From the sequence record ON631220.1: a DNA stretch of 64,000 nucleotides. One strand, 5' to 3'. The notes below the pieces were generated by a model. That model did not search any database, had not been told where the DNA came from, and saw nothing but the letters and a program-made list of their open reading frames with translations. A program made the position numbers and the translations under genes. This document shows, one piece after another, positions 38,406-48,209 of the stretch (its first letter is position 1; each line of letters opens with the position of its first letter).

Positions 38406-39092
38406 ATGAGTAACCCATTAGTTATCAAATCGGCAAGTGATCTAGTAGAACCAAAAGAGATAGATTACAAAGCGCCTATTTTTAAGGCCAGTCACGAATA
38501 TGCATCTATTCGTGAGAATAGCAGACAGTTAATTGAAAAGCAAATGAAACTATCCAAAAAGCCTTTTGCCGTGCTTGAACGAGAAGGTGATATTGGTCCC
38601 AATGTTGTTTATTACACGTGTGGGTGTAATAAAGAAGATCCACTCTTTCCTGAACTGGTGATCACTGCATGCATCACTAAGGAATCGGCAGTAAATACCT
38701 TTTACGCCATTTTTGAAAAATTAAAAGAAGTGAAACAGATCACGGGTAGCGTAGAGATTGCAGATTTACTGAGCGCATTTGAAGAAGATCAAAGGATGGG
38801 ACGACAACCTAAATTTGGTATTCGTCTAATTGATACTCATCAGTTTGTATATGGGTTCGGTGGTAAACTCCACGCATACTACAATATGGATGACTATTAT
38901 AACCAATTGCCCATCTGGCAAATTCTCATCAGTGATATTGAAGGATTCCTACCCACTGATAGTGGTTATCTACAAACAGTTTGTCCGCAGTTTCTTCTAG
39001 CCGATAAACCTTTCGGACAAGCTGGTAATATCTATCCTACTGACATTTTTAAAACTATGAAATGTCGTCCTTCTGCAACAGTTATTCATTAA
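38406..39092 (+). CDS. DUF4262-like protein
   Basis: YYTCG...PELVI and WQILISD-x2-G-x-LP-x3-GY...PQFL pattern. Confidence 0.6.
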   Translation: MSNPLVIKSASDLVEPKEIDYKAPIFKASHEYASIRENSRQLIEKQMKLSKKPFAVLEREGDIGPNVVYYTCGCNKEDPLFPELVITACITKESAVNTFYAIFEKLKEVKQITGSVEIADLLSAFEEDQRMGRQPKFGIRLIDTHQFVYGFGGKLHAYYNMDDYYNQLPIWQILISDIEGFLPTDSGYLQTVCPQFLLADKPFGQAGNIYPTDIFKTMKCRPSATVIH

Positions 39093-39104
39093 GAGGTTAA
39101 TATA

Positions 39105-39344
39105 ATGCGTGAGTTTCGTACTGGTCAATATTGTATTACTAAAATTGATATTCCTCATCCAAAACCCAATGCATTAACTGGCCCAACTTATTTAACAGCT
39201 GGACAGCAGTGCCAAATTATCGTTTATGATCCATCGAAAACACCTTCTACTGGTATTCGTAAAGAAGGTGAAAACTTCGCAATGGTTTATGTAGAAGAAT
39301 CTGCACTAATTGCTGATCCATCAAAACCGGTTCCAACTCTATGA
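39105..39344 (+). CDS. Small SH3-like hypothetical protein
   Basis: FRTGQYCITKIDI...TAGQQCQII. Confidence 0.7.
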   Translation: MREFRTGQYCITKIDIPHPKPNALTGPTYLTAGQQCQIIVYDPSKTPSTGIRKEGENFAMVYVEESALIADPSKPVPTL

Positions 39345-39700
39345 TATTTAAATTCTTTGATGTTAATGGAGAGTATGATCCACGTAACTTGTGGTTACCC
39401 GCTGAACGTCAGCTATATATCTCTATTATTAATCCAGAGGGTCATGAGGTGCTCTGGTATGCTAGAAAACCAGGCACTAATGTAGCTATGTTGACACCTA
39501 AGCGAGATGATTATGAACTTGTAAATTGTTCAAATATTCTGAAGGCTAGGAATGTTCTATTGGTTAATCATGAGGCTGGTTCAGTAGAAAAAGCATTACG
39601 TTATTTTGACTTACCTGTTAAAGGTAAATATAAATTAGCAAGTCGTACATGGGAATGTAGTGAACTATTCACTCTTCAATTTATTGAATATAATTTTTAA
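39341..39700 (+). CDS. Hypothetical protein
   Basis: ATGA overlap with the upstream gene. Confidence 0.75.
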   Translation: MIFKFFDVNGEYDPRNLWLPAERQLYISIINPEGHEVLWYARKPGTNVAMLTPKRDDYELVNCSNILKARNVLLVNHEAGSVEKALRYFDLPVKGKYKLASRTWECSELFTLQFIEYNF

Positions 39701-39714
39701 ACAGGTAATTATAA

Positions 39715-40236
39715 ATGGCTCTTATTTGTGGATACGGTGAAAATGCCGTGCTATTTGGCGGCGATGTTGATGTAGTCGACTATGCGATGTCTCAAAGAAA
39801 ATATACCTTAGATAATAAATTCATTATCCGTGGTATCGCTGTTATGAGTGCTGATAAAAAAGCGCGACATAGTTTCTGCCGAGCTAATAGTGAGCTGTTT
39901 CTTAGCCATCGCACAAAAGACTATAATGTAATCACACAACAATTCCAAGAATCGGTTAATAATTATAAAGTGATGGTTTACATTGTATTCGATGACGAAC
40001 TAGCCGTCTTTGTACCGAATACACCAATCACTGTACTGAATTATAAAAATAATCCAGATGGAGTTACTGTGATTAATAAAGGTTTCCGATATAAACAAAG
40101 GGAGAGGCTTAAAGTTCTCATTAAAACATATCACGATGATCTATTGTTATTGGCTAAGAATATTGCAGATAATTCATTGAAAGATGTTAATCAACTAACT
40201 GTCTTTAAAGACGGAACTACCCAACGGTTTATTTAA
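39715..40236 (+). CDS. Hypothetical protein
   Basis: AGGT SD. Confidence 0.75.
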   Translation: MALICGYGENAVLFGGDVDVVDYAMSQRKYTLDNKFIIRGIAVMSADKKARHSFCRANSELFLSHRTKDYNVITQQFQESVNNYKVMVYIVFDDELAVFVPNTPITVLNYKNNPDGVTVINKGFRYKQRERLKVLIKTYHDDLLLLAKNIADNSLKDVNQLTVFKDGTTQRFI

Positions 40237-40247
40237 GGTATCTTTAC

Positions 40248-40547
40248 ATGACCACTAAACAACAGCGCATTACCTATCACTATCATTGTAAAGGTCTTAA
40301 ACAGACATATCACCCAGTCATTGGTAAAGATGGGGAATTGAAACTGTCTGTACTTACACCTGATAATATTTATAGTCAATATCCATTATACGAGGATGTA
40401 GAAGATGGAGCTATTGATAAATTATGCGATCAGGTAGAACAGCTACTGAGAAAAGAACTTGTGGGTGTAATTGCTATTAAATATAATGTAGATTATCTAG
40501 CTACCCCTGGTGAAAAATTAAAAGAAGTATATAGACTCGTAATTTAA
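40248..40547 (+). CDS. Hypothetical protein
   Basis: AAGGT SD; terminator at 40561-40578. Confidence 0.75.
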   Translation: MTTKQQRITYHYHCKGLKQTYHPVIGKDGELKLSVLTPDNIYSQYPLYEDVEDGAIDKLCDQVEQLLRKELVGVIAIKYNVDYLATPGEKLKEVYRLVI

Positions 40548-40605
40548 TAATGGTATAATTGCCCTCCTTCGGGAGGGCTTCTATTTCGTAAAAAGGAAAA
40601 TACAA

Positions 40606-41046
40606 ATGAAAGCATTCATTCCAAAATGGCGCCAAGATCCAAATAACGTTGACCATAAGTATGGTTATGAACTGAATGCGTACACCTCTGTTTCTGGTAC
40701 TCGCGTCTTCATCGAACGTCGTGTTGAATACTACAATAAGAAAAAGAAACAATGGTGCGATGAAACAATTCAAGTAATTCATCTTGGTAAACTGAATTGT
40801 TATATTTGGAAACACTATCCAGTTATCAGTTTCAGAGATGTTGGTGTAATCTACGGTCGGTTAGAATTTGATGAACTAAAGAAAGTAAATAAACTTATTC
40901 AGAGTTCAAATTCCGTATCTATTGAACTGATGGAATCTATTTCAAAAGAATATCAGGTTTATATCACAGCTGTAATTAATAACATCAAATATGTGTTCAG
41001 CCCTGAACGCACTTATGTATCTGATGAGGGTTACGTAGATGACTAA
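40606..41046 (+). CDS. Hypothetical protein
   Basis: AAGGA SD. Confidence 0.8.
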   Translation: MKAFIPKWRQDPNNVDHKYGYELNAYTSVSGTRVFIERRVEYYNKKKKQWCDETIQVIHLGKLNCYIWKHYPVISFRDVGVIYGRLEFDELKKVNKLIQSSNSVSIELMESISKEYQVYITAVINNIKYVFSPERTYVSDEGYVDD

Positions 41047-41551
41047 AACACTCCGTGTAGTACGTGTCCGTGATGGGATCGTTGATAGTCTTAATAACGA
41101 TGGTCTATGGGTTAACAAACATACCTTTTGTATGGAGGAGGTATGGGAAGCCCACAAACAAACAACCCAATTCCAGTCTTACAACTGGGGGACTATGTAC
41201 TTCGTTAGTGAAAATGATGTAGCATGTAATCCATATCCCCATCATCAATACCGTGAGGTATGGATCTGTCAACGAGGTGTGCAACAAAAACTGGAACTAT
41301 GTGAGGATTTAGAATCCGGTATAGTTGGGGATGATCATATTGTAGTTATTATGACTACTACGGATGGATTAGATTATAGTTTTGTGAGTGGTGTGTATGG
41401 CGACCGTATTAACTACAGTCCTTACTATGGTGATGCCATTTCTATACCTTGTACCAATAATCAAGAAGCAGACGATGTCTATCATAGCCTAGCTAAAATG
41501 GCCAATGGCATAAGTCTATCTGTTCCTCTAGTAATGAAGCTGATTAAATGA
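41039..41551 (+). CDS. Hypothetical protein
   Basis: GAGGG SD, overlapping start. Confidence 0.75.
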   Translation: MTKTLRVVRVRDGIVDSLNNDGLWVNKHTFCMEEVWEAHKQTTQFQSYNWGTMYFVSENDVACNPYPHHQYREVWICQRGVQQKLELCEDLESGIVGDDHIVVIMTTTDGLDYSFVSGVYGDRINYSPYYGDAISIPCTNNQEADDVYHSLAKMANGISLSVPLVMKLIK

Positions 41552-41558
41552 AGGAGTA

Positions 41559-41924
41559 ATGATTATGGATTATAAATGGCATGATAAGTTCATTATAGAA
41601 ATTATTAGTAAAAGTTGTAAAAAAGATGGAATCTGTAAAAGTTACTTAGTACGTAAAGGTTGGAGAGATGTTAATCAGCGTGATTACGCCATTTTATCAC
41701 GTATTGGTTTCCATGACACTCTTTTGCTTGATGAACATGAAGTCGAATACTATTTGAACAATGTGGTATTTGATATCGTAAAGGCCGTATGGGAGTCTGA
41801 AGGTAAACCAAAAGATACTCATATGCATATTCGGGCATTGCGTGTAGATATGGATAGTCTATCTGATAGATTCAAGATATATGCTGATGTAAAACTAGAT
41901 ATGGATAAGCACCGGAAATCGTAA
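41559..41924 (+). CDS. Hypothetical protein
   Basis: AAGGAG SD. Confidence 0.75.
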   Translation: MIMDYKWHDKFIIEIISKSCKKDGICKSYLVRKGWRDVNQRDYAILSRIGFHDTLLLDEHEVEYYLNNVVFDIVKAVWESEGKPKDTHMHIRALRVDMDSLSDRFKIYADVKLDMDKHRKS

Positions 41925-41964
41925 AAGATATCCATCGTATACATTTATTAATAGGAACCTACAA

Positions 41965-42321
41965 ATGCAACTAGATAAAGACAAATTGAAAGAATTGGTA
42001 AATATCATTGAAGAGAATACACGCCTTAAAGGTAAAGTATTCCACCAGGAAGTCTACTCCAGTGTTCACGGTGAAATAGAGGTTCGCAGTTACGCTGGTA
42101 CTTTCACTTTTTACAAAGATCATACCACTGAACATTATGCAATGTTTAATGTAGAGTTTGACACACATGGTAAGGTAGTTAGATTCATAGCACCTGCACT
42201 ATTACGTGCGACTGTCATTTGGGAATTGAACGAAGAACCGGAATACTACAAAATCAACATCGAGCATATGCTGATCGAAACAGTAACCAATCACTTCAAT
42301 ACGGCCACACTGCTACCTTGA
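41965..42321 (+). CDS. Hypothetical protein
   Basis: AGGA SD. Confidence 0.8.
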   Translation: MQLDKDKLKELVNIIEENTRLKGKVFHQEVYSSVHGEIEVRSYAGTFTFYKDHTTEHYAMFNVEFDTHGKVVRFIAPALLRATVIWELNEEPEYYKINIEHMLIETVTNHFNTATLLP

Positions 42322-42355
42322 AGTTAATTGATAACCATAACTCTTATAAAGCATA

Positions 42356-42883
42356 GTGGATTTTATTATGAATAAACCAGAATTACTTTACCATGGTTCT
42401 CTTTATAAACAAGATGAATTAATGCCAGGATTTAAAAGATCTGGTGAACTTGTTATGTGGGATGGTATTGAGTCTAACCAATACCTATATGCAACGTCAT
42501 CTGAAAAAGATGCATCTTATTTAGGTATTGGTAGCGCTATCGAAAAGTTATTTGATAGTGATAGATATGCTACTGTTGATAGGGATATTACAATCTATTG
42601 TCAAAATAATATCGATAAAAATGATATTTTAAAAATGGTTGTGTATGTTTATACCATTCCATTTAGGGACTCTGACAAATGGATTAAGAATAATAATCCT
42701 CACAATAGCATTGATACTGAGTGGATTACGAAAAACACTATCCATGATGTTACTGTAAGGAAATTAGATATTGGTGAATTTTTAAAAGGTGCTCGCTTAA
42801 CTGTCACTAAAGCACCAGTGGATGTTGATCCATTAAACATCATGTCACAATATCGTTCAGTAACAGAGCGTTATCTGTTTTAA
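42356..42883 (+). CDS. Putative ADP-ribosyltransferase-fold protein
   Basis: LYHGS...L-x-PG...YLYATS...VYVY...EW spacing of the ART core strands. Confidence 0.55.
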   Translation: MDFIMNKPELLYHGSLYKQDELMPGFKRSGELVMWDGIESNQYLYATSSEKDASYLGIGSAIEKLFDSDRYATVDRDITIYCQNNIDKNDILKMVVYVYTIPFRDSDKWIKNNNPHNSIDTEWITKNTIHDVTVRKLDIGEFLKGARLTVTKAPVDVDPLNIMSQYRSVTERYLF

Positions 42884-42898
42884 TTAAATAGGTTAATT

Positions 42899-43363
42899 AT
42901 GTATCACATATCGACAGTATACCTTGGGGATTATGTTTTATTAAGGCCATATATTCCAAGTAATAGAGCTGATGGCGAAGACAGTGTAACCAACCGTATA
43001 TGTGTGGCCCCATCAGTTATTGAATGTATTGCAGCTAAAAGCGGGAGTTATGATATCGATCTTAATTTACTTGGTTCTAAATCAACTATTTACGCATACC
43101 GAAGTAATTCTACTGACTACATTGTAGGAAATGTACCTGACCAAAAACAATATAGGGAACACTGGTATTTAAAACCAACTTTATTTGCGTATATTGGCTC
43201 TCTACAATTATTAGAGACTGGGGTGATTAAGGTAAGTAGTGAAGTCGATATGCATTCTAAATTAATGGTATCGCATCGATTAAACTACTTCAATAATATT
43301 ATTAGTAAAGAAGAACTAATACACCATTGGCATATAGAGTCTTTATCTATTTTAAATGGTTAG
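42899..43363 (+). CDS. Putative ADP-ribosyltransferase-fold protein
   Basis: MYHIS...L-x-P-x-IP...ED...RICVAPS...YAY...VPD...EHW. Confidence 0.55.
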   Translation: MYHISTVYLGDYVLLRPYIPSNRADGEDSVTNRICVAPSVIECIAAKSGSYDIDLNLLGSKSTIYAYRSNSTDYIVGNVPDQKQYREHWYLKPTLFAYIGSLQLLETGVIKVSSEVDMHSKLMVSHRLNYFNNIISKEELIHHWHIESLSILNG

Positions 43364-43374
43364 ATCATAATTTA

Positions 43375-43392
43375 TTTAAGATCTATATTACA
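43375..43392 (+). promoter_or_regulatory. Early promoter (AGATC-TATATTAC)
   Basis: TATATTAC at 43384-43391. Confidence 0.8.
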
Positions 43393-43427
43393 AGTGTACT
43401 ATCAATAAACTAATAGGATAGATACAA

Positions 43428-43781
43428 GTGGATTTTATAATTGAAATTATCGATAATCCCAATAGTGATACTGCGCTGTATGTTTATGATTATTGGGGTA
43501 CCCTAACTACTGTTGTGGGTAATGCAAAAACCCTGGCAGAAGCATATAGTTTTAAATATTCATCCATTGACAGCATTGAAAAATTAAAAGCTGTCATTGG
43601 TAAAAATATCGAATGCATTTTTAAAGAAATGCATGATCAATCGAATAAGGTAATTCATGTTAATATCGTAAAAGTAGATCTAGAGAATAAGATTATTAGT
43701 AAGCGCATCGAAATTGTAAAAAGCTATTGTGTTATCAATAGTGATGGTGAACTTATTCTAATCACAGATGTAGTACGGTAA
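43428..43781 (+). CDS. Hypothetical early protein
   Basis: AGGA SD, GTG start. Confidence 0.7.
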   Translation: MDFIIEIIDNPNSDTALYVYDYWGTLTTVVGNAKTLAEAYSFKYSSIDSIEKLKAVIGKNIECIFKEMHDQSNKVIHVNIVKVDLENKIISKRIEIVKSYCVINSDGELILITDVVR

Positions 43782-43822
43782 TTGAATAAATAATTCATTA
43801 ATTTAACATAGGAAATATAACC

Positions 43823-44671
43823 ATGGCACGTCGTTCTAATACAATTCGCATTGGCTTCAACATTGTTGGTGGTGCTGGATTACCGATTCATCATAACGAT
43901 GTATTCAAATTACGTGAAAATATCATGACCTGTTTTGGTCCTGGTGCTGGTCATTATGTATATATTAACGCTGACATTGATAAGCAGAACAGCCCAATGG
44001 CGCTAGACTATATTGATGCCGTGGTGTACGTGGATCTCAATACCGCTAGACAAGCCGAACGTTTTAAAAAGATCGATGACCTAGTGAATCATCTAAAGGT
44101 TAATCTAAATGCTACTAACATTGTAGTAGATGCCAGCGAATATATCCAACCCAGCCATATGTCTTATATTGAAGATGGTTATCTCAATATGTTCGCACGG
44201 CGAGAAGGTAAAGAAGTTATTAAAACTCTCTTCACCGATGAATATGGGGCTAAACCACTATCCAATATGGCGTTTACTTTAGACATGGTATCGGATACTG
44301 ATATTTCAGGTATCTACCTTATTGGCGAGGAAAATCGAGCTAATAAACTAACGAATATTATCTCTACTTCTATCCGAACTGGTAATTTTAATTTTAGGAC
44401 AATGTGTGCTATCCGTGATTTTTACAATAAGCAATATAGCTGGCAATCTGCACTAATTGCCAAAGCATGGGCATACAATGGTTTCTATGTAGATGTATTA
44501 GTCAAGTTCACTAATGGTAAAGTCATTAGCTTTGCTAAAAATGATTTTGTTGGTGGACCAACTGAACTAGAATTTCACTATTTTGGTGTAGATGGTCGTG
44601 AGAATTGGGATAATGCGTCAGATCGTTTTGTTCACCAAGTGTTCGAGAAAACCTATTCTGTAAAACTTTAA
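43823..44671 (+). CDS. Hypothetical protein
   Basis: 282-aa ORF with AGGA SD; terminator at 44677-44698. Confidence 0.85.
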   Translation: MARRSNTIRIGFNIVGGAGLPIHHNDVFKLRENIMTCFGPGAGHYVYINADIDKQNSPMALDYIDAVVYVDLNTARQAERFKKIDDLVNHLKVNLNATNIVVDASEYIQPSHMSYIEDGYLNMFARREGKEVIKTLFTDEYGAKPLSNMAFTLDMVSDTDISGIYLIGEENRANKLTNIISTSIRTGNFNFRTMCAIRDFYNKQYSWQSALIAKAWAYNGFYVDVLVKFTNGKVISFAKNDFVGGPTELEFHYFGVDGRENWDNASDRFVHQVFEKTYSVKL

Positions 44672-44728
44672 CTAGTAAAGGGCTCTTCGGAGCCCTTTAT
44701 TTTTTTCTTTATTCAATAGGAATTTACA

Positions 44729-46252
44729 ATGATTGATACATTCATTAGCTATTATGCCATGTTTATTGATATCTCTCAAAAGAATATGGTGATGGGTGGT
44801 GCGATTGGTATGGCGATTGGTGGTGTATTATGGACCACTATCCGAGGTCTACCAAGTAAGATAGTTAGATTCACATTAAATCAATTTACAGTTAGTTTAC
44901 ATATCACTAATACTGGTAATGGTTTAAATGAGAAAAACTTTGACTCATTTATGGAGTGGTATATTAAACAACCATTAGCTGGATTTAATCGCCGTTTTTC
45001 AACCAACGTTGATGAGCAAAGTTATAGTGCAACTAAACAGAAAATTGGTGTTGGTTTTGGCTTACATTTCTTTCTGTTTAAAGGTAGGTTATTCTGGTTT
45101 GTAAAAGCACGCCGGGATAGCCAAAATGCCAGTCGAGACCAGATGGACATTACTATCCGTGGATTATCTAGAAGTAGTAAACTTATTATTGATTTAGTTG
45201 ATGCGTACCACTGGCGTCCAAATGAAATGGGTCTTACTATCTCACATTGGGATGGTAATCGCTGGGGTAATGAAATCGAAGTTACTAAACGCGATATCAA
45301 CACGGTGATTTTGCGTAAAGAGATCAAAGAAGAATTCCTTAATAAGATTGAAGAATTCTATTCTGATCGGAAATGGTACGATGATCGTGGACTACCCTAT
45401 AAATTCACTTGTGTTTTAACAGGTCCTCCTGGTACTGGTAAAACCTCGATCAGTAAAGCAATTGCCTCACATTTTAATAAAAATGTTAGTGCGCTATCAC
45501 TAGCCTCTATGACTAGTGATAGTCTTAGGCGGGCATTTACTACACTACCTAAAGGTAATATTCTTTTAATTGAGGACTTCGATGATACCCCGGCAGTTAA
45601 AGATCGCGTTTTAAATGATCCTGTAAAACTAGATAAAGAGATAAAGGAATTAGAGAGGAAATATTCTTTTATTGATTTAATTGAAAAATATCCATCTTCA
45701 TGGGTTGATCTTAAAGATGACTATGAAGGATACTCTGTAGTTGGATTTAATGACACCATCTATATCTTTGATGAAAATAGTGATGATCAAGGTTTTGGGA
45801 TAAGTGCTTATGCTATGGCTGAATTGGGTGTTTCAAAATGGGCCGATGAGAAAGATCCATTATTTGCCACAATTCGCCGATGGCGGAAATTAAAGAAGTG
45901 TATGAAGAATGGAATCACGTATGAGCAACCAGCTAGCGGATTAACTTTGTCAGCTCTATTAAATGGTCTAGATGGCATTGTTCCACTAGATGAAACTATG
46001 ACCATTCTAACTACAAACCATCCTGAGAATATTGATAAAGCACTTCTAAGGAAAGGTCGCGTTGATTACATGGTGGAGATTCCATATCTACGAGATCAAG
46101 AGGTTAGGGAGTATATTAAACTAATGTTCCCTGACTTCGATATTCCTGAAGATATCAGATTTAAAGATCAACCAGGGTGTGATGTAATGGCGGCTTTTTC
46201 AAATAACCGTTATGACCCTAATGCTTTTATCAATAGTCTATTGAAATATTAA
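44729..46252 (+). CDS. Membrane-anchored BCS1-like AAA+ ATPase
   Basis: N-terminal TM, BCS1-N-like region, WYDDRGLPYK, GPPGTGKT, LIEDFD, TLSALLNGLDG, TTNH, LLRKGRVD. Confidence 0.88.
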   Translation: MIDTFISYYAMFIDISQKNMVMGGAIGMAIGGVLWTTIRGLPSKIVRFTLNQFTVSLHITNTGNGLNEKNFDSFMEWYIKQPLAGFNRRFSTNVDEQSYSATKQKIGVGFGLHFFLFKGRLFWFVKARRDSQNASRDQMDITIRGLSRSSKLIIDLVDAYHWRPNEMGLTISHWDGNRWGNEIEVTKRDINTVILRKEIKEEFLNKIEEFYSDRKWYDDRGLPYKFTCVLTGPPGTGKTSISKAIASHFNKNVSALSLASMTSDSLRRAFTTLPKGNILLIEDFDDTPAVKDRVLNDPVKLDKEIKELERKYSFIDLIEKYPSSWVDLKDDYEGYSVVGFNDTIYIFDENSDDQGFGISAYAMAELGVSKWADEKDPLFATIRRWRKLKKCMKNGITYEQPASGLTLSALLNGLDGIVPLDETMTILTTNHPENIDKALLRKGRVDYMVEIPYLRDQEVREYIKLMFPDFDIPEDIRFKDQPGCDVMAAFSNNRYDPNAFINSLLKY

Positions 46253-46275
46253 TATACTAAAAAGGAATCTGTAAA

Positions 46276-46464
46276 ATGAGTCTACTCAACATTCTAAATA
46301 CCGTTGCGGCTGCTAATGGTAGGGAAGTAGATGATTTTAATATCACCTATTTAAACGATACGGATGTGTCATCTAGTTATACCTCATTTCGATATCGGTA
46401 TGTTGATGAGGATCGTATTGCACATATTTTCATTGTTTCTGAAAAAATCGAACAGGTTCGCTAA
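46276..46464 (+). CDS. Hypothetical protein
   Basis: AAGGA SD. Confidence 0.7.
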   Translation: MSLLNILNTVAAANGREVDDFNITYLNDTDVSSSYTSFRYRYVDEDRIAHIFIVSEKIEQVR

Positions 46465-46612
46465 TTTGTATTGTTGGCAAAACTAACTGGTTACAATGTA
46501 ACTGTAAATACATGTATTTAATTTTGAAAACATACTGGAGTTATTGATGTATTGAGTTGAAACTCAATAATAACTCCTACTTTAATTTAAAAAATACAAA
46601 AGGAATATTTCC

Positions 46613-47266
46613 ATGGCGTCAATCATTAGTCTACCTTTTATCAAACTAGTAATCAGCCGTAATAATAATTACACTGTTAACCATCAGTCAGGTGCTGATA
46701 ATGTACCTCATCTATGTGTTAAAGTAAAACATTCTAACGGTTATGCCTGGTTCGGTATTATCATTGTTGATTATGAAAAACGTACCAGTGGTTGGACTGA
46801 AGAAGAATTCAATGCAGTTGTAACTCGTTTCCATGAAGCAATGAATTCTCAATGTGATATCCAACGATTAGAAACAGACATTAACCGACTAATGGATTCC
46901 ATCCAAGATGTTGTTACTGGTCGGAAACGACCAACCCTATTCGGCGGTGATAGTAATGACTTCATTCAAATGCATCTTCAAAATAATATCCAACTTGATA
47001 TTTATCGGAATGAAATTAACGAAGATACTCTAACCTATGGTGGGTATCGTGGTAAAGTAAGTCTTCGCCATGGTTATGATGAATACAGCTTCTTCCTGTA
47101 TCATCGTGGTATTATTCTAAACCATTACATCGATGCAGAGATTGCTAAAGAGCTAATTGAAGATGCTCTTAATAAGACTTTCCCGGAGATTACTTATCTA
47201 CCGCGAGCCACTGTCGAACCTACAGCAGTGGAACGCACTCGTAATAGACATCTGGATAAAAGTTAA
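46613..47266 (+). CDS. Hypothetical protein
   Basis: AAGGA SD. Confidence 0.8.
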   Translation: MASIISLPFIKLVISRNNNYTVNHQSGADNVPHLCVKVKHSNGYAWFGIIIVDYEKRTSGWTEEEFNAVVTRFHEAMNSQCDIQRLETDINRLMDSIQDVVTGRKRPTLFGGDSNDFIQMHLQNNIQLDIYRNEINEDTLTYGGYRGKVSLRHGYDEYSFFLYHRGIILNHYIDAEIAKELIEDALNKTFPEITYLPRATVEPTAVERTRNRHLDKS

Positions 47267-47267
47267 A

Positions 47268-47681
47268 ATGACTAGTCAACTTATCGTAGTTGATTTACAA
47301 AACCCTAGAAATAAACATATATACAGTGAATTAACTCATGAACATCCTAGAACAATAACATCACATCTAGTTGAAGAATTAGATGATTTTGATGTTCATC
47401 AATATTCATACCAAGCGGAGTATAAATCTGGGATTGATCTTAGATTAATATTCTTTTGGGATGGACCATACACTGAACCAAGAGAAGAAGGTTACGAACC
47501 AACTGATCTAGAGAAAAGGTGTGTGAAGTTGTGTAAGCAATATGAGGTTGCGATTAACGGGCAATTATCTGTAGTTGATCACTCTCGGTTCCGGACGGTG
47601 TGTACCTTCAGATCAGATAATAGTTTACCAACAACTTTAGACTGGATTCATAAAGAACCCCCATCTAAAGAGGTTGTGTAA
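47268..47681 (+). CDS. Hypothetical protein
   Basis: ATG 47268 directly follows the upstream stop (track start 47157 overlaps that gene). Confidence 0.7.
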   Translation: MTSQLIVVDLQNPRNKHIYSELTHEHPRTITSHLVEELDDFDVHQYSYQAEYKSGIDLRLIFFWDGPYTEPREEGYEPTDLEKRCVKLCKQYEVAINGQLSVVDHSRFRTVCTFRSDNSLPTTLDWIHKEPPSKEVV

Positions 47682-47823
47682 AAAAATAGTAAAATAAATA
47701 CACTATTCTATGTAGTTCCTTTACGATTGCTCTTTTATCTTAGTTTCAGTTTTGCTGAAGAAGTACCAATGAGATACCCTCCCCTGATCGGGGAGGGTTT
47801 TTGACATCTAAGAGGAAAATATA

Positions 47824-48204
47824 ATGTGCAAACAACACCGCGTCGTATCTATGAAAGTTACATGCACGCAAGCTCGTTATCCGATCGGTCTGTGCGATCT
47901 CGGATTTGATAATGCTGCTGATGCTCGGCAATATCTACTAGATGTCGTCGAGTACAATATGGATCGTCTCCACCCACAACATGCTAATACATTCCAGCTA
48001 CAAAATCTACAAGACGGGTTCGTAGTATCCTACGATATCGAAAAAGATGGATCCGTTTATCTTCGGTTAACACTGGCGGCTGTAGCTTATCAATCAATCG
48101 ATCTTGAGTTGGGGGTTACCGTTAAAGAAAATGAAGGGATCAGTGTTGTAATCAAAAATTGGATCAATGGTGATTATACTGCGGGGAACAAATACTTGCA
48201 GTAA
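47824..48204 (+). CDS. Hypothetical protein
   Basis: GAGGA SD. Confidence 0.8.
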   Translation: MCKQHRVVSMKVTCTQARYPIGLCDLGFDNAADARQYLLDVVEYNMDRLHPQHANTFQLQNLQDGFVVSYDIEKDGSVYLRLTLAAVAYQSIDLELGVTVKENEGISVVIKNWINGDYTAGNKYLQ

Positions 48205-48209
48205 TACCA

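Noticed and set aside
39715-40236. Second Ntn-hydrolase (MALICGY...GGD)
   Set aside because: No N-terminal Thr/Ser/Cys nucleophile and no GSG motif.
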